A DNA stretch of 60,615 nt, counting the filler, from Globobulimina sp. (taxonomy: Eukaryota), in assembly GCA_003354225.1 (NCBI GenBank). It is 12 parts of 12 records of this genome, joined end to end, with 100 filler letters (N's around TTAATTAATTAA, not from the genome) between each part and the next. Parts side by side here need not be neighbours in the genome. Positions count along the whole stretch, not along the records: positions 30,379 to 35,338 come from PIVH01000813.1; positions 35,439 to 40,397 come from PIVH01000814.1; positions 40,498 to 45,456 come from PIVH01000815.1; positions 45,557 to 50,511 come from PIVH01000816.1; 8 more parts are not named here. One strand, given 5' to 3'. Below are positions 35,232 through 47,071 of this stretch, piece after piece. The notes beneath the pieces were generated by a model. It saw nothing but the letters and a program-made list of their open reading frames with translations. It ran no database searches and was not told the origin of the DNA. The stretch's first letter is position 1; every line of letters starts with the position of its first letter. A program made the position numbers and the translations under genes.

Positions 35232-35883
35232 TGATTAAATTTTTTGTTTCAGATTTGTATTAATTTACTTTCCAACATTTGCATTAATTCTGATCAAATC
35301 ACAGCGACTTTGTTGGTAACACGCATACTGAGTTCACTNNNNNNNNNNNNNNNNNNNNNNNNNNNNNNNNNNNNNNNNNNNNTTAATTAATTAANNNNNN
35401 NNNNNNNNNNNNNNNNNNNNNNNNNNNNNNNNNNNNNNATATGGATTGTAATAAGTATATTCATCGTTCGGTGGTTCTCTGCCCCATCCCATTAATCTTC
35501 GACCGCTTTTATAATCTCTATGTGGTTTTTTTTATTTTTATTTTGCATCTACAACTTTAATATAGAAGCACTAAACATGTATTATTGTGTCAGTTGATGC
35601 CATTGATTATTCTATTTATATCTAATTCTGTATCATATCACGTACCGGTGTTTGCTGGACATTTTTGTTTTATACAAATAAGCAAAGATTTATATTTTAT
35701 TGCCGTATAACTTAACCTAATGATATGGCAATGAGTAATGCGTATATTGTCAGTTGGTACATGATGCTCTGCCAACTATTTTCTTTGTTTTAGGTGTTTC
35801 AAAGGAATTGTTATTTTTTCAGAAAGAAAGGTGTTGGTTTTGTTTACAAAAAAAACTTACCAAAATATCTATCTAAAGTGACA

Positions 35884-38800
35884 ATGAGCACACAAGACAC
35901 AACAACACCAATATCACAACAACCATCAACAGAATCTAAACTAAACCCCAACGATGCTTCAAATAGCAACGCTAACAAACCTACAAACTCTGATGAAACA
36001 CGACTAGCCCTTTCAAGCATAATATTACCAATCACAGACAACGACTTTGAAAACGTGGACATCTCACTACATGGTCCCGTCCTAATCTTCAACCAACTGT
36101 TAAAAAACGAAGATACGTCGCAATGGTACTTCCTCGAGAAAGTACACCAAAACTACTTCCCCACCAAACAAAAATGGGCCTCCTATCTATCTAAAATCTC
36201 ACCAAATCAACCCATCGATTTGCACGATATCCGCAAGCAAATAATCAGCGGCCACTACAACAAAAGCGACACTAAAAAATTATTAAACGACATCGGCTCC
36301 ACATTCACAAATGCCATGATCCGCTACGACGAAGATAGCGACAGCGACAGCGACAACGACCCCGATGACTCTCAAGATGGCGAACACAGTGAAAACAATG
36401 CCATGTACGATGAGTCCCAACGGCTATTGACCAAATTCCAAACCTTATGCAGCGAAATGGACAAAGACACGCAACCCCTCCCTGCCCACAATGAGTGCGA
36501 GGATATCAAAGAAGACTTGGACGCGCCAGTAATAATCCCCTCTTCTGACGATGTCTTCGAAATTGAGGATTATTATTGCGCCTCGCCGTGGGAGACGCTG
36601 ATCAGCGAAATCGAGAAACAATTGCAAGCCTGGAACGTGCACAACGGCTCCAATCAATGCGCCGTGGAATACAGACAGCAAATGAAGGATAACTGCGTCT
36701 TATCCTGCAATATCACGGTACATAGCGGCGACTATAAATATGTGTTACAGTATCACGATTATACGGACTTTATCGGAGATAAAAGCAAGAAACAGTACAA
36801 TAGCAATTACACGCTCTCTATGAACGAGATGATGAATACACATCGAGATATATCCGATACCCATACGCATGAAATTTGTGTTTGGTTTGGGATCTCGAGG
36901 TTTATTTTATTGCTCCCGGCGCCCGGGAATAATATCGATTTTATTGATGAGTCCGAATGCATGTTTATGTTCAGTACGTTGTGTATCGCCTGTTTTAATA
37001 TTGAGTGCAATTTAAGTTATTTTGTGCCATTTGGAGATGAATGGGATATGTCGTTTCGCGGCGGATTGAAATATAATCGATATAATATCGAATATATTTG
37101 CAAATCGCAGCGGCAAATCCCTACGTTGTGCCAGTATTTGGATGGTATTTTCAAAGTATTTAAGCGTCATTTACGTTTATATTACGACGAAACGGACCCT
37201 ATGTTACAAATGATGTCGTCGACTACCAATCCATTGTATAAAATCTATGCCAATGTGCGATATAAATATATCTACGATCCCAGCACGAACATATTAGCTT
37301 TGTTGAACCATAATTGGCGCGATTTTATCGCAGACGATAAGATATCGTACGGTATACGTTGGGGACCGACGTACTCACCGCTCAAATCCTTGTCGTTGTA
37401 CACGATTTGGACGTATTTCCCGCAGGGCGCCTTTGTCGACAACCTCGCTCATACCGACCTGGAGCCTTATAATGCGCCGGAATGGTGTATCAACGGTGTA
37501 TGGAGCGAGTTATCCACAAAAAAGCTACAATCGGAGTCGCATACACCGCTCACGCACTCCTTGTACAATTTATTTGTCATCGCACGCGATTTGGTGGAGG
37601 ATAACGACATTGTGTGGCGAGATATTATTTCGAGCCACGCCATCAAGCAACAGGATTACAAACAGATTTATGCCATCAAACAGCAATCGTACGAGTCTCA
37701 GACGGACAGTGCTGACACAAATAATAAATTAATGTCTCCCGCGGATAGTAAGCATGCATTGTTTGAAGATTTTATACAGCAAAATGTACTGAAAAATGAT
37801 TTGTATTTATCGGAGGATGCGGATAGAAAACAAGCGGATGACACTGATGTCGATAGGAAGTTGGATGGGCAATATTTCATCAAATCGAAAATGTCGAAAT
37901 CGCCCTCTCCGCCCATCTCCAGCCCGAAATGTGTGCCGTTTGGTAGTTTGCTGTCGATATTTGTGCTGCGACTGTTTGAAATCGAAGATGTCGATATTGG
38001 CCATATCGGAGATGTGTGGTATAAATTAACATACGAAGTGTCAAACAGATGGACGGATTGCAAGCTGTTGCCGGGAATCTATGGTTTGCCCGATTTTCGT
38101 ACTTGTTTATTACAGCAAAAACTGCAATTATTGAACGAATGCATTCGGCGGAAGTTGCAGCTGAGAGAATATATCGTGTTCAAAGCGACGAAGTTAAGCC
38201 AACAGAATGAGAACGAACAAGCGATTCAGCCGCAAGGCGTCGAGAAGAAACATCCGTTTTTATACTTATTAAACCACGCTGATATTGCTATAAACATCCC
38301 ATTGACGCAGGACCACCCAATATTTACTGCGGATAAATTGGAGGCACATTATGAGGAATTGGTGAGTTTGGGATCGTCGATGGATGCTAGCAAACAAAGG
38401 GCAGAGTTACAATCGAAACAGTTGAAATCTGACATGATGGCATTTAAAGCTGCCAATCCGCAGTGCACTTTGGAGGATTTTATCCGATGGTATTCGCCAA
38501 ATGATTGGGTGGTGGAGGACGAGGATCATATTCCAAGTCTTCAAAAGCAGTCATCGCAGTCGCAAGAGATCATATACTTCGATTCAGATGACAGCAATGA
38601 CGGTGATATTGTAGGTAGCGACTCGTCGCAAAATAGTATTGAATCTAGCCCAAAGAAGGAAGTTTTACTGCAAAAGAAAGGACATTTGTCGTCCCGCATG
38701 ACTGCAAAGGACAACATTTGGGGTCGGATCTGGACGGAATCGGAGAGCATTCCAGCAATGGAACAGGAGCTGTTGTTTGATTTTGACATTGAAGGCAACG

Positions 38801-39618
38801 AAGCTTTGAAATGGATCATGAACTTACAGCCAACGGATACTTTGTTGCAAATCTGCCAGATCGGAATTGGAAATTGCATATCGATATTGTCGCGGACGCC
38901 TGGTTTGGATGAGGAGTTGCAACTGATTCCATTGATGGATATGATGGCCGCGCTGGTAAAATCAACCAAGAAAATATGGAAATTGAACAAGGAAACGAAC
39001 GCAAACTATTTGGACTTGGATAAGGGGATAAAAACATGGATGAAAGAGCTGCGATTGGCAGAGATGGGCTGTGCGTGCGGCGCTGCTCTGACGTTTAAGT
39101 TTAATACGAGATTTTGTAAGGAGATGATTGAGAAATTGATGATTATGCCGTTCCAGGCACAGATCACTACGATTCAGGAGAAAGAAGCTGTTTTGTCCGT
39201 TATTGGGCAGCGCATCTATGAGGAGGACGAATATGATACGGATAGCAGTGAGGGAGAGGAAGATGGGAAGGAAAACACAGGGTTTTGGAGTTGGGGGTCG
39301 CCAGCAAAGGAGAAGGAGAAGAATAGAAATGGCAGATTTAATGAGGAGAGTAGGAATAGGAAAGAGTCGATTGTTATTTATGATGCGGAGGAGGAAGTTA
39401 ATAATAAATCGAGCTCGCAGTTGTCGTCGACGACCAATAAGAGCAGGAATAGGAAAGGGAGGAGATATGAATTACCGAAACCGTCGTCTAGACAGTATGT
39501 TGTGTTGGCGTCTGCGCCCAGACCCCATCCGGATTCACAAGCAACACCCAATAGAATGCATGTTACGATTGACCAGTACGGATTTAAAATGGCTTTAGCT
39601 ACTTCTACAATCGAATAA
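35884..39618 (+). CDS. RAB3GAP1: Rab3 GTPase-activating protein catalytic subunit with an N-terminal bromodomain-like extension
   Basis: FEIEDYYCASPWETLISEIE, LLQQKLQLLNECI, SDMMAFKAANPQCTLEDFIRWYSPNDW and GHLSSRM..NIW..W..Q..LFD. Confidence 0.92.
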   Translation: MSTQDTTTPISQQPSTESKLNPNDASNSNANKPTNSDETRLALSSIILPITDNDFENVDISLHGPVLIFNQLLKNEDTSQWYFLEKVHQNYFPTKQKWASYLSKISPNQPIDLHDIRKQIISGHYNKSDTKKLLNDIGSTFTNAMIRYDEDSDSDSDNDPDDSQDGEHSENNAMYDESQRLLTKFQTLCSEMDKDTQPLPAHNECEDIKEDLDAPVIIPSSDDVFEIEDYYCASPWETLISEIEKQLQAWNVHNGSNQCAVEYRQQMKDNCVLSCNITVHSGDYKYVLQYHDYTDFIGDKSKKQYNSNYTLSMNEMMNTHRDISDTHTHEICVWFGISRFILLLPAPGNNIDFIDESECMFMFSTLCIACFNIECNLSYFVPFGDEWDMSFRGGLKYNRYNIEYICKSQRQIPTLCQYLDGIFKVFKRHLRLYYDETDPMLQMMSSTTNPLYKIYANVRYKYIYDPSTNILALLNHNWRDFIADDKISYGIRWGPTYSPLKSLSLYTIWTYFPQGAFVDNLAHTDLEPYNAPEWCINGVWSELSTKKLQSESHTPLTHSLYNLFVIARDLVEDNDIVWRDIISSHAIKQQDYKQIYAIKQQSYESQTDSADTNNKLMSPADSKHALFEDFIQQNVLKNDLYLSEDADRKQADDTDVDRKLDGQYFIKSKMSKSPSPPISSPKCVPFGSLLSIFVLRLFEIEDVDIGHIGDVWYKLTYEVSNRWTDCKLLPGIYGLPDFRTCLLQQKLQLLNECIRRKLQLREYIVFKATKLSQQNENEQAIQPQGVEKKHPFLYLLNHADIAINIPLTQDHPIFTADKLEAHYEELVSLGSSMDASKQRAELQSKQLKSDMMAFKAANPQCTLEDFIRWYSPNDWVVEDEDHIPSLQKQSSQSQEIIYFDSDDSNDGDIVGSDSSQNSIESSPKKEVLLQKKGHLSSRMTAKDNIWGRIWTESESIPAMEQELLFDFDIEGNEALKWIMNLQPTDTLLQICQIGIGNCISILSRTPGLDEELQLIPLMDMMAALVKSTKKIWKLNKETNANYLDLDKGIKTWMKELRLAEMGCACGAALTFKFNTRFCKEMIEKLMIMPFQAQITTIQEKEAVLSVIGQRIYEEDEYDTDSSEGEEDGKENTGFWSWGSPAKEKEKNRNGRFNEESRNRKESIVIYDAEEEVNNKSSSQLSSTTNKSRNRKGRRYELPKPSSRQYVVLASAPRPHPDSQATPNRMHVTIDQYGFKMALATSTIE

Positions 39619-39801
39619 ATTGATATTAAGAGTTTGTTTTGACAGTTTTAGGCATGCAGATTGTTGTACTGTTTTTGTTATTTGTGACAGTTTTGAAGAA
39701 ATATATTGCAAATTTCCATAATTTCTAACTCAAACATCCCTGTGAGATTTAGTAAAAACAAGCAAAGTTTTTGAGTTGTAAATGATGGGAAGATAACGAC
39801 A

Positions 39802-40397
39802 ATGCAAGTTAACACCGATAATGAAGGCGAAAAAGAATTCAAATTTGATCACTGGATTAAAGACCATAAACTGACTGAAATAAAACAGTTATTGGTGAAA
39901 CATAAAATGACAAATATTTATGCATTAAACCAATCATCAACAGAATTTTTTAAATTGATGTCCGATCCATCTTTTATCAGTAAAGCATATATTTTACCAA
40001 GTCTTATGACAGCAATACAGAAAATTGGTGCCGTTAATATCAGAGCCAAAGTAATCCGAATATATATCAGCAAAGAAGAGGAAGAAGCAACCGATAAATT
40101 AAATAAATACAAGGCGAAAATATTAGATTATCAACAACAAATTAAAATATCCAATGATTCATTGACCAAAAACATCAAAGCCTGTCATACAAATATCGAG
40201 TCATTATTTAATAATTTATTACAACGAATTGATTCAAAAAAACAAGAAATTTTAAGTCAATTAAAAAGCATTGAAAAGGAGAAAAAATCTCAAATTTATG
40301 CACAATCAAATAAAATAAATAAAGAACAGCAAAATATTGAAAATGCATTGAAAAAATGTAGTTTGTTGCAAGATGATGTTAATATGGATAGAACCAA
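39802..40397 (+). CDS. SAM-like N-terminal domain + coiled-coil protein; 3' truncated
   Basis: FDHWIKDHKLTEIKQLLVKHKM followed by a heptad-rich helix. The frame is open to the contig edge. Confidence 0.6.
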
Positions 40398-40497
40398 NNN
40401 NNNNNNNNNNNNNNNNNNNNNNNNNNNNNNNNNNNNNNNNNTTAATTAATTAANNNNNNNNNNNNNNNNNNNNNNNNNNNNNNNNNNNNNNNNNNNN

Positions 40498-40798
40498 AAA
40501 CATGAAACATCTAAAAAAGAACTGGTTTCTGGTGTTTCAGTTGGGAATTTGCTCGGAGATTTGGTTGGTGATTCAGTGGCTGATCAATGTAATTATATGT
40601 GTAGAATATGATATATATATATATATATATATATCATATGGAATGTGTTCAACTTGTTGTTGGCTCTAATGTCGGGTGATAGGATGGTTCCATAGTCGGG
40701 ATTGTAGGTTCAGAAGTTGGAGCATATGTCGTATTCAGTGTGTCTAGTTCTATCCAACATAATGAGAGAAGTAGTATGGTCGGTAGAGAGGAAGACAT
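40498..40798 (-). CDS. N-terminus of a secreted PTxxP-repeat protein (intron 40580-40653); 3' truncated
   Basis: MSSSLPTILLLSLCW.. signal-like start, then APTSEPTIPTMEPSYHPTLEPTT|TTESPTKSPSKFPTETP. It is not in the ORF track because the exons are short. Confidence 0.7.
40611..40634. repeat. (AT)12 microsatellite inside an intron
   Basis: Direct reading of the sequence. Confidence 0.95.
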
Positions 40799-41007
40799 GG
40801 TCGAAATCTCTAAAATAATTCTAAACTAATCATGCTGAAAGTTTATAAAACATTTCTTGGTATTTTATGTGTTTGGCCAGTACCCTTCAGGAAGACATGA
40901 TTATCAAAATAATGAAATTGCATTATATTGTATGTGTACATTGTCATTCCATTGCTTCGTCATCAAAATATCATAATTTGTATTTGTATTGGTAGCATAT
41001 ATTTGTA

Positions 41008-42345
41008 ATGGATTCAGCATTGCAGGCAATAGCGACAATGAATTTCGATCCAAACTTGAAAGAGATTCAAGACGGATCTATAGCAACAATGGAAATGTTT
41101 AGCAAAACATTTTGTAGCATTTTAATTGCATTTAAACAGCAAATAAATAAAGATAGAGAACAAGAAGAAAAACTGTGTGATATTTACAGTAAAATAGAAA
41201 ATATTGATTCTACTTTAATTCAAACAAAAAAGTCACTGCAAGTATCAATAAATAATATAGATAATAAATTAAAAAAACAAGAAAATAATACCAATAACAA
41301 ATTCATTGCAATGGAAAAAAACCTATCTAAAATCACCACTAATTTAGAAAAAAAATGCGAATCAATGTTGGAGAATGTAACAAAAAAATTAGGACAGTCA
41401 TCAAAAAATGTAGAAAACATTTCAAATGAATTAAATAATTTTGCCGTGTCATTAGAATCAATATCAAGCAAAGTTGAAAATGCTTTAAATACAGTTAACG
41501 AAAAACAAGAAAATATTGAATCGCAAATAATTGAAACCCAAAATATGGTCAATCAGAAAACGTTACATATTCAAGAAAAATTGAATGAAAACAAAAAAAC
41601 TTTGATTGAAAAAATCCGAAATGTAACTGATAAATTTCAAGATTTACGCTTTGAAGTTGATCAAATTGCATCTAAAAAAGCAGATATTGAAGACTTAAAA
41701 CGCAAAGCAAATAAAACCGATTTGAATGAATTAAATGAAAACGTTTCAAACATAACAAATATATTTAATGCAAATATTGAAGAAATAAGTAACAAAATAA
41801 ATGTGCATCATACGAAATTTGAAAAGAATATTTCTGAAAATAAACAAATCGCACACGAGAAATTATGCAATTTTGATGAAGAAATAAATCGAATAAATAA
41901 TAGTGTGGGTCGATTAGAACTGCAAAATAAACAAACTGGTAATAATAATGATATTTTATCACTGATTCATGAATTACAAAATAAAATCGATGAAATCATG
42001 AAAGCAAATATGAAATCAAATAATAAGCATAATAAAAACAAGCAGGCAATAATGGGAGCAACATCATCTGGTTCGTGTTTTTCCTGTGGACAAAAAGTGA
42101 ATGCATCATTCCCAGCCTTACCGGCAAGACTTCGATCGCCAGATAAAAAAAATATTGGTGGCGGATTTATACTCGATAATAATGATAATAAAGCTACCAA
42201 ATTTAATGATAAAATGCGAAATGAATTAGTTCAAATTGCTTCAGATTTGTCATCAACACAACACAATAAACATAAATTTCCGATTGATCGAAGACCTGTC
42301 AAACTGCCAAAATTGATAAAAAGTAATACCACATCACAATTGTAA
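41008..42345 (+). CDS. Long coiled-coil protein (445 aa) with C-terminal CxSC and GGGF motifs
   Basis: Single long ORF with heptad pattern, KKADIEDLKRKANKTDL, SCFSCGQ and IGGGF. Confidence 0.7.
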   Translation: MDSALQAIATMNFDPNLKEIQDGSIATMEMFSKTFCSILIAFKQQINKDREQEEKLCDIYSKIENIDSTLIQTKKSLQVSINNIDNKLKKQENNTNNKFIAMEKNLSKITTNLEKKCESMLENVTKKLGQSSKNVENISNELNNFAVSLESISSKVENALNTVNEKQENIESQIIETQNMVNQKTLHIQEKLNENKKTLIEKIRNVTDKFQDLRFEVDQIASKKADIEDLKRKANKTDLNELNENVSNITNIFNANIEEISNKINVHHTKFEKNISENKQIAHEKLCNFDEEINRINNSVGRLELQNKQTGNNNDILSLIHELQNKIDEIMKANMKSNNKHNKNKQAIMGATSSGSCFSCGQKVNASFPALPARLRSPDKKNIGGGFILDNNDNKATKFNDKMRNELVQIASDLSSTQHNKHKFPIDRRPVKLPKLIKSNTTSQL

Positions 42346-42472
42346 TAACGTGCGCGTGTTTTGTAAATAAGATACAACAAATAATAATCACTGAATTATG
42401 TCAGGAAAGCTAGCACTAAAAATAGCAAATAATTATCATAATTTAAAACTTTAACATCTCCGGATCCCTTCA

Positions 42473-44108
42473 ATGGAACATAATGAAGAAGATCATGAAT
42501 CTGCCTCTTTATTAACAAAAAAAGATCATGAAACATTACAAAAGAAAGAACAAAAAACACCATCCAAAACATGTTATTATGTGCTGTCATCACTAATCTT
42601 TCTGGAAACGAAATTGGACTTTTGATTCAGATCTAGATAATACAGAATCAGATTTACTAAATAAATTTGTTCCAAAATCACTAATAACTCAACTAATACC
42701 ATCAGAAGATTTTTACCCAAAAATAACAGATGTAATGTTACGAAGATCGAGAACAGAAATTGGTGATTTAAATAAATTTTGGAGCGTTTTGGATAAACTA
42801 AATTCTGGGAAATGCTTAAATGTGTTGGTAATCGGTGGCAGCATTAGCACCGGAACCACATTGCGTCGTTCGTACAATGAAAAGATTTATTATCAGTATT
42901 TCAATGAATGGCTAAACACTGTGTTTCCATGCAACGCATATGGCGGCCAATCCAGTCATAGAATCATATCAAAGGCCAGAGGTGCTACAGGAACTGATTA
43001 CGCTGTTTCAAAGTTTATGGAGTTGTTTGCTGACAACATTATGTATGATTTGATATTTGTGGAATATGTAAATAACGACGCTGTGCTGGATGAGAGACAG
43101 ACGATGTTTGACCATCATGATGGAACAGCAACAAACAATTATGAAGATTCAGTGGCATTCTATACAGAGATACTGGTTCGTGCATTGTTGCAATTGCCAT
43201 ACCATCCAATGGTGATGTATTTGGAGATGGGTTGGAGAGTTTATTGGAATGGTCAGAATGATGCAAAAAAGCCGCCATATTTTGAGAATGCACATTATGG
43301 ATACAATAAAGTATTATTTTATTATCAAATACCAACGGTTAGCATTTTTAATAGTTTATTCCCAATACATTTGTATAATGATATTGTGGACAAACATATT
43401 TTTGATAAGAAACCAAATTCAAAGTGGTTCAATGATTGTTGTCATCCAAATGTTGACGGACATAAATTTGCAGCTTTATGCATTTCGTATGCTTTTTATA
43501 GAGAAAATCTTATGTTTACGCAATGCACAGACCAACTCAAATATGATTACAACTCTTATAATAAATTACCACAAAGTTGGTTTTTAACTCAAGATCAAGA
43601 GTCAAAATATAAAACTTTATCATCAAAACCGTTGACCACACTAGATTTTATGCAATCCATCTCTTACAGTTCTCTATGCGGTGATTGGACGCATAAAGAA
43701 GAAACAGCTAAACATAAATGGGGATTAATTGCAACTAGAAATCAATCACATATCGCCATTCCAATACTAGTGGCAAAGTATATTAATATCGGCTATTTAA
43801 AAACATATGCAAACATTGGAAATGTTTCAATTTGGATTGATGACATCAACAAACCACAATCAAATTGTACAGTATCATGCAATTTAGAAGCTAAGAAATT
43901 ACTGAAAAGTTACGGTAATGATGATGAGTTGAAAATGGATGGCAGTGAATATATCATAGTTAACGGCTTATGGAATAAACTTGCATCCGTTGTACGTTTT
44001 GATGGTATTAAAGTTGCAAATCCCGCTTCAAAACAACTGCATAAAAACATTCATTTTTGTTTGACAGATAATAAAAAATTTAAATTAGTGATGTTATCTT
44101 CGTTTTGA
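42473..44108 (+). CDS. SGNH/GDSL hydrolase-fold esterase; N-terminal anchor apparently separated by a +1 frameshift near 42600
   Basis: VLVIGGSIS, ARGATGT, DLIFVEYVNND and DCCHPNVDGH (blocks I, II, III, V). An upstream ATG at 42473 opens MEHNEEDHE..CYYVLSSLIF in another frame. Confidence 0.8.
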
Positions 44109-44307
44109 TGATTGGTTGAATATCTTTTTTGTTTCTATATAATAAAAAATAAAAGTTAACAATCACGTTAATGTGTTGTCTGTTTGTGTCTAGGTGTTAA
44201 TGTGTTGCCATCCATCAAAAGTACAAAAATGTTTTTTGATGATTAACTAAATTAACTAGCTAGTATGCAGTAATGTTGCTTTCAACTTTCAAGAGTTTAG
44301 CAAAATC

Positions 44308-45226
44308 TTATCTGTAATGAAACGCATCAAAATCATCTCTGTACATTTCGTAAATCATATGTTTGGTGTCATTTGTTAAACTGTGTATTGATAGATTTGT
44401 ATTGGTACATTTCAAAGCATTCAGTTTTACATGTTTTGAATTCTTCAAATCATTATATATTTGGGATAAATTATAGTTGGACATTAATGTTGCAATTTGA
44501 TTGTCAAAATCTTCAAAATGCACAATATTTTTGCATATCTGATTGTGATTTGAATCGAATACAAAGTCATATTGTTTAACAAAATGACATCCAAGAAAGC
44601 AATATTGTTTTTTATTATCATTGACCATTTTTTGGTATTTTTTTAATACATTTTGTATCCACGAATTTAATGAATACGGACTGCATTGATTATAATTTTC
44701 AATTTTTACTCCAATGCCGCTCAATATCCTGATGGCGAATCTATCACCGTTCAAATATTTATATTCAGAGATTATTTTAGAGAATGGATTGCGTACAACA
44801 CAGAAATGGTCCACATGTTTTACATCAAAATAAGAGGAAATACTATTATTTGTGGTATGATTTGAAAAATATTGTATCCACCATCTTAATGCGATGTGGT
44901 ATGGAGAAAATGAGCATATATCCATGGTCTCACATAATTGCTCGCTCATTTCTTTAAATTCTGCAGAGTGTCCATGAGATGGTTTGTTCAGCACCATCCC
45001 CCATAATATATTATACTTTTCAGCAGCTGTTTCAATCGAAGTTCCTCCTGTTTTCAGAATGTGCATAAATTTGAGTTTTTTCATTTTTTTCATATGTATT
45101 GTAGAATTTAAAATTTATCTCATTCATAGTCGTGTATTCAGCATTGAATTTATTTTGAAACAAAAATAAAACCACATGTACGATTGATATGAATGACAGA
45201 ACGATATGAAGGAAAACCCATTTCAA
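44308..45226 (-). CDS. Sulfotransferase (Sulfotransfer_2 / carbohydrate sulfotransferase family); TM segment lies in a different frame upstream of 45093
   Basis: 5'-PSB FMHILKTGGTSIE, 3'-PB FCVVRNPFSKIISEY, HFVKQYDF and YRDDFDAFHY. Confidence 0.88.
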
Positions 45227-45556
45227 CTTCAGGGTGGGTTAAGGCAAAAACGGAAAATGGTAACTATTTAGGAAACCTATGCAACTATTTAGGCGACTAT
45301 TTATACGGGATACGGAATTAAAGAGCATCAGGTTTTCAGCGTCAGATTTAAACAAAAACAAAAAGCACCCAACCAAAAAAAGTCTTGCATTAAATAGTTT
45401 TATGATAATAAAAAAACAAAAAAACAAACGGAACTGTGGGTCATATGATATTTTTGNNNNNNNNNNNNNNNNNNNNNNNNNNNNNNNNNNNNNNNNNNNN
45501 TTAATTAATTAANNNNNNNNNNNNNNNNNNNNNNNNNNNNNNNNNNNNNNNNNNNN

Positions 45557-46989
45557 GCTGATTTGATAGTTCATATTCTTTTAAATGTTGTTCACTTGAA
45601 ATTGACTCAAATGATTGCTTCAAATCTCGCGATAAGTGCTGTATGGTCAGTGTACAAATAATATATAACATAACATAGAAACACGTAACTATCAGTTCAG
45701 ACGGTGTCAAATTGTGAATGTTGAGAGACTTTACCTTTTCACCCAACATATTGACAACAGTTTTCATCCTCGATCTCGATCTACGAGACGTAGATTCGTA
45801 CTGCGCCAATAAGTCCATACTCAAATGGAATTTCTCCGAATAATTATGCCAGGCCAACAGCTCACTAATTTTCAATGCATCCAACCGTATCACGTGTTTG
45901 CTCACACTTTTCGTGAATAAATTATGATTTCCTTCCACTTCATTCAACTCATTGTTATGATACGGCACCAAATCACAAATCGTATTTTTCAACAACGAAT
46001 TTACAATTTCATGCGCGTGGGAAATAATGCTTTGTTTTTGTAAAACTTGCTCTTTTAACTGGGAAACATTGGAATGGTATTTGTCATAATTAAACGTTTC
46101 CAAATCGGATTTTGCTTGGATGGATTTGTAACGCGCCTTATAATATAATATATTTAATTGCAATTCAGACATTTCAGAGATTAATTTATTTTGGATCCGT
46201 TTTAATTCTTCATTCTCCGCCATTATACCATCAGTTTCTGTCTTTTTTACGCGATTAAGCTCTGATTCTAAACAGTGTTGCTTATATTCGTCCACTTGTT
46301 TCATCATTTTATTTTTCAAATTGGTGTATTGAGACTGATATTTTACTTTTAAAGCTGTGATTTCTTTTTGTAAATCTTTATTTATTTTGCTCAAACTTTT
46401 GTTTTTCTCCTCTAATAATTTGATTTCAAACTTTGAGGACTCGAGTTCTTGCCGGGATATATTGTTTTTGTTGGTTTTTTTGTTGGTAATATTCATATTT
46501 ATATCCATGGAGGAAGTGCCATTGATATTTAATTGGAAATTGACGTTTGAATTTGTAGGATTTCTTTTACTGTCGTCCGGATCGTCACTATTTAGTTTTT
46601 TATAGTGGGTATTGTCTAATTGCAACTGTGTATACACTGAATGCATGGAACGGATGGGTGTCCACAATGGCCTTTCATTGGGGATCACACGATAGGAATT
46701 GTCAATGGTTTCTTTATGGAAGGTGGATAGACAGGAATTGGTGGCAATGAATGTGTTATCATCAATAACATCATTGATGAATAATTCTTTTAATTCACTC
46801 AATGTCAGCGGGCCGTATTGCTATATGTTATTGCATCTCATTTGCATACTAAAATATTGATGGCATGATTATTATATATATGAGTATCAACATTTTGTAT
46901 GAATGAGATACAATGAGTGGCCTTGCTTGGACGAAAAATTGCTCATTCTCGATATCTTTAGGTTCGAATTCTGATGTGTCAATATTCAT
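45557..46989 (-). CDS. GYF_2-domain + coiled-coil protein (first intron 46821-46911); 3' truncated
   Basis: Splicing gives FFVQARPLIQYGPLTLSELKELFINDVIDDNTFIA (GYF_2 pattern), followed by long coiled coils. Confidence 0.65.
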
Positions 46990-47071
46990 ATTTTATATGT
47001 ATCGGCAGTTATTGCTTCTTGCGAAGTTTTTACTTAGTTTTTTTTTTTGAGAAAAATCTTTTATTTAAACC

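Noticed and set aside
35439-35762. Possible minus-strand secreted-protein gene starting MYQLTIYALLIAISL
   Set aside because: I could not build a stop-free spliced model. It may be a remnant but is unsupported.
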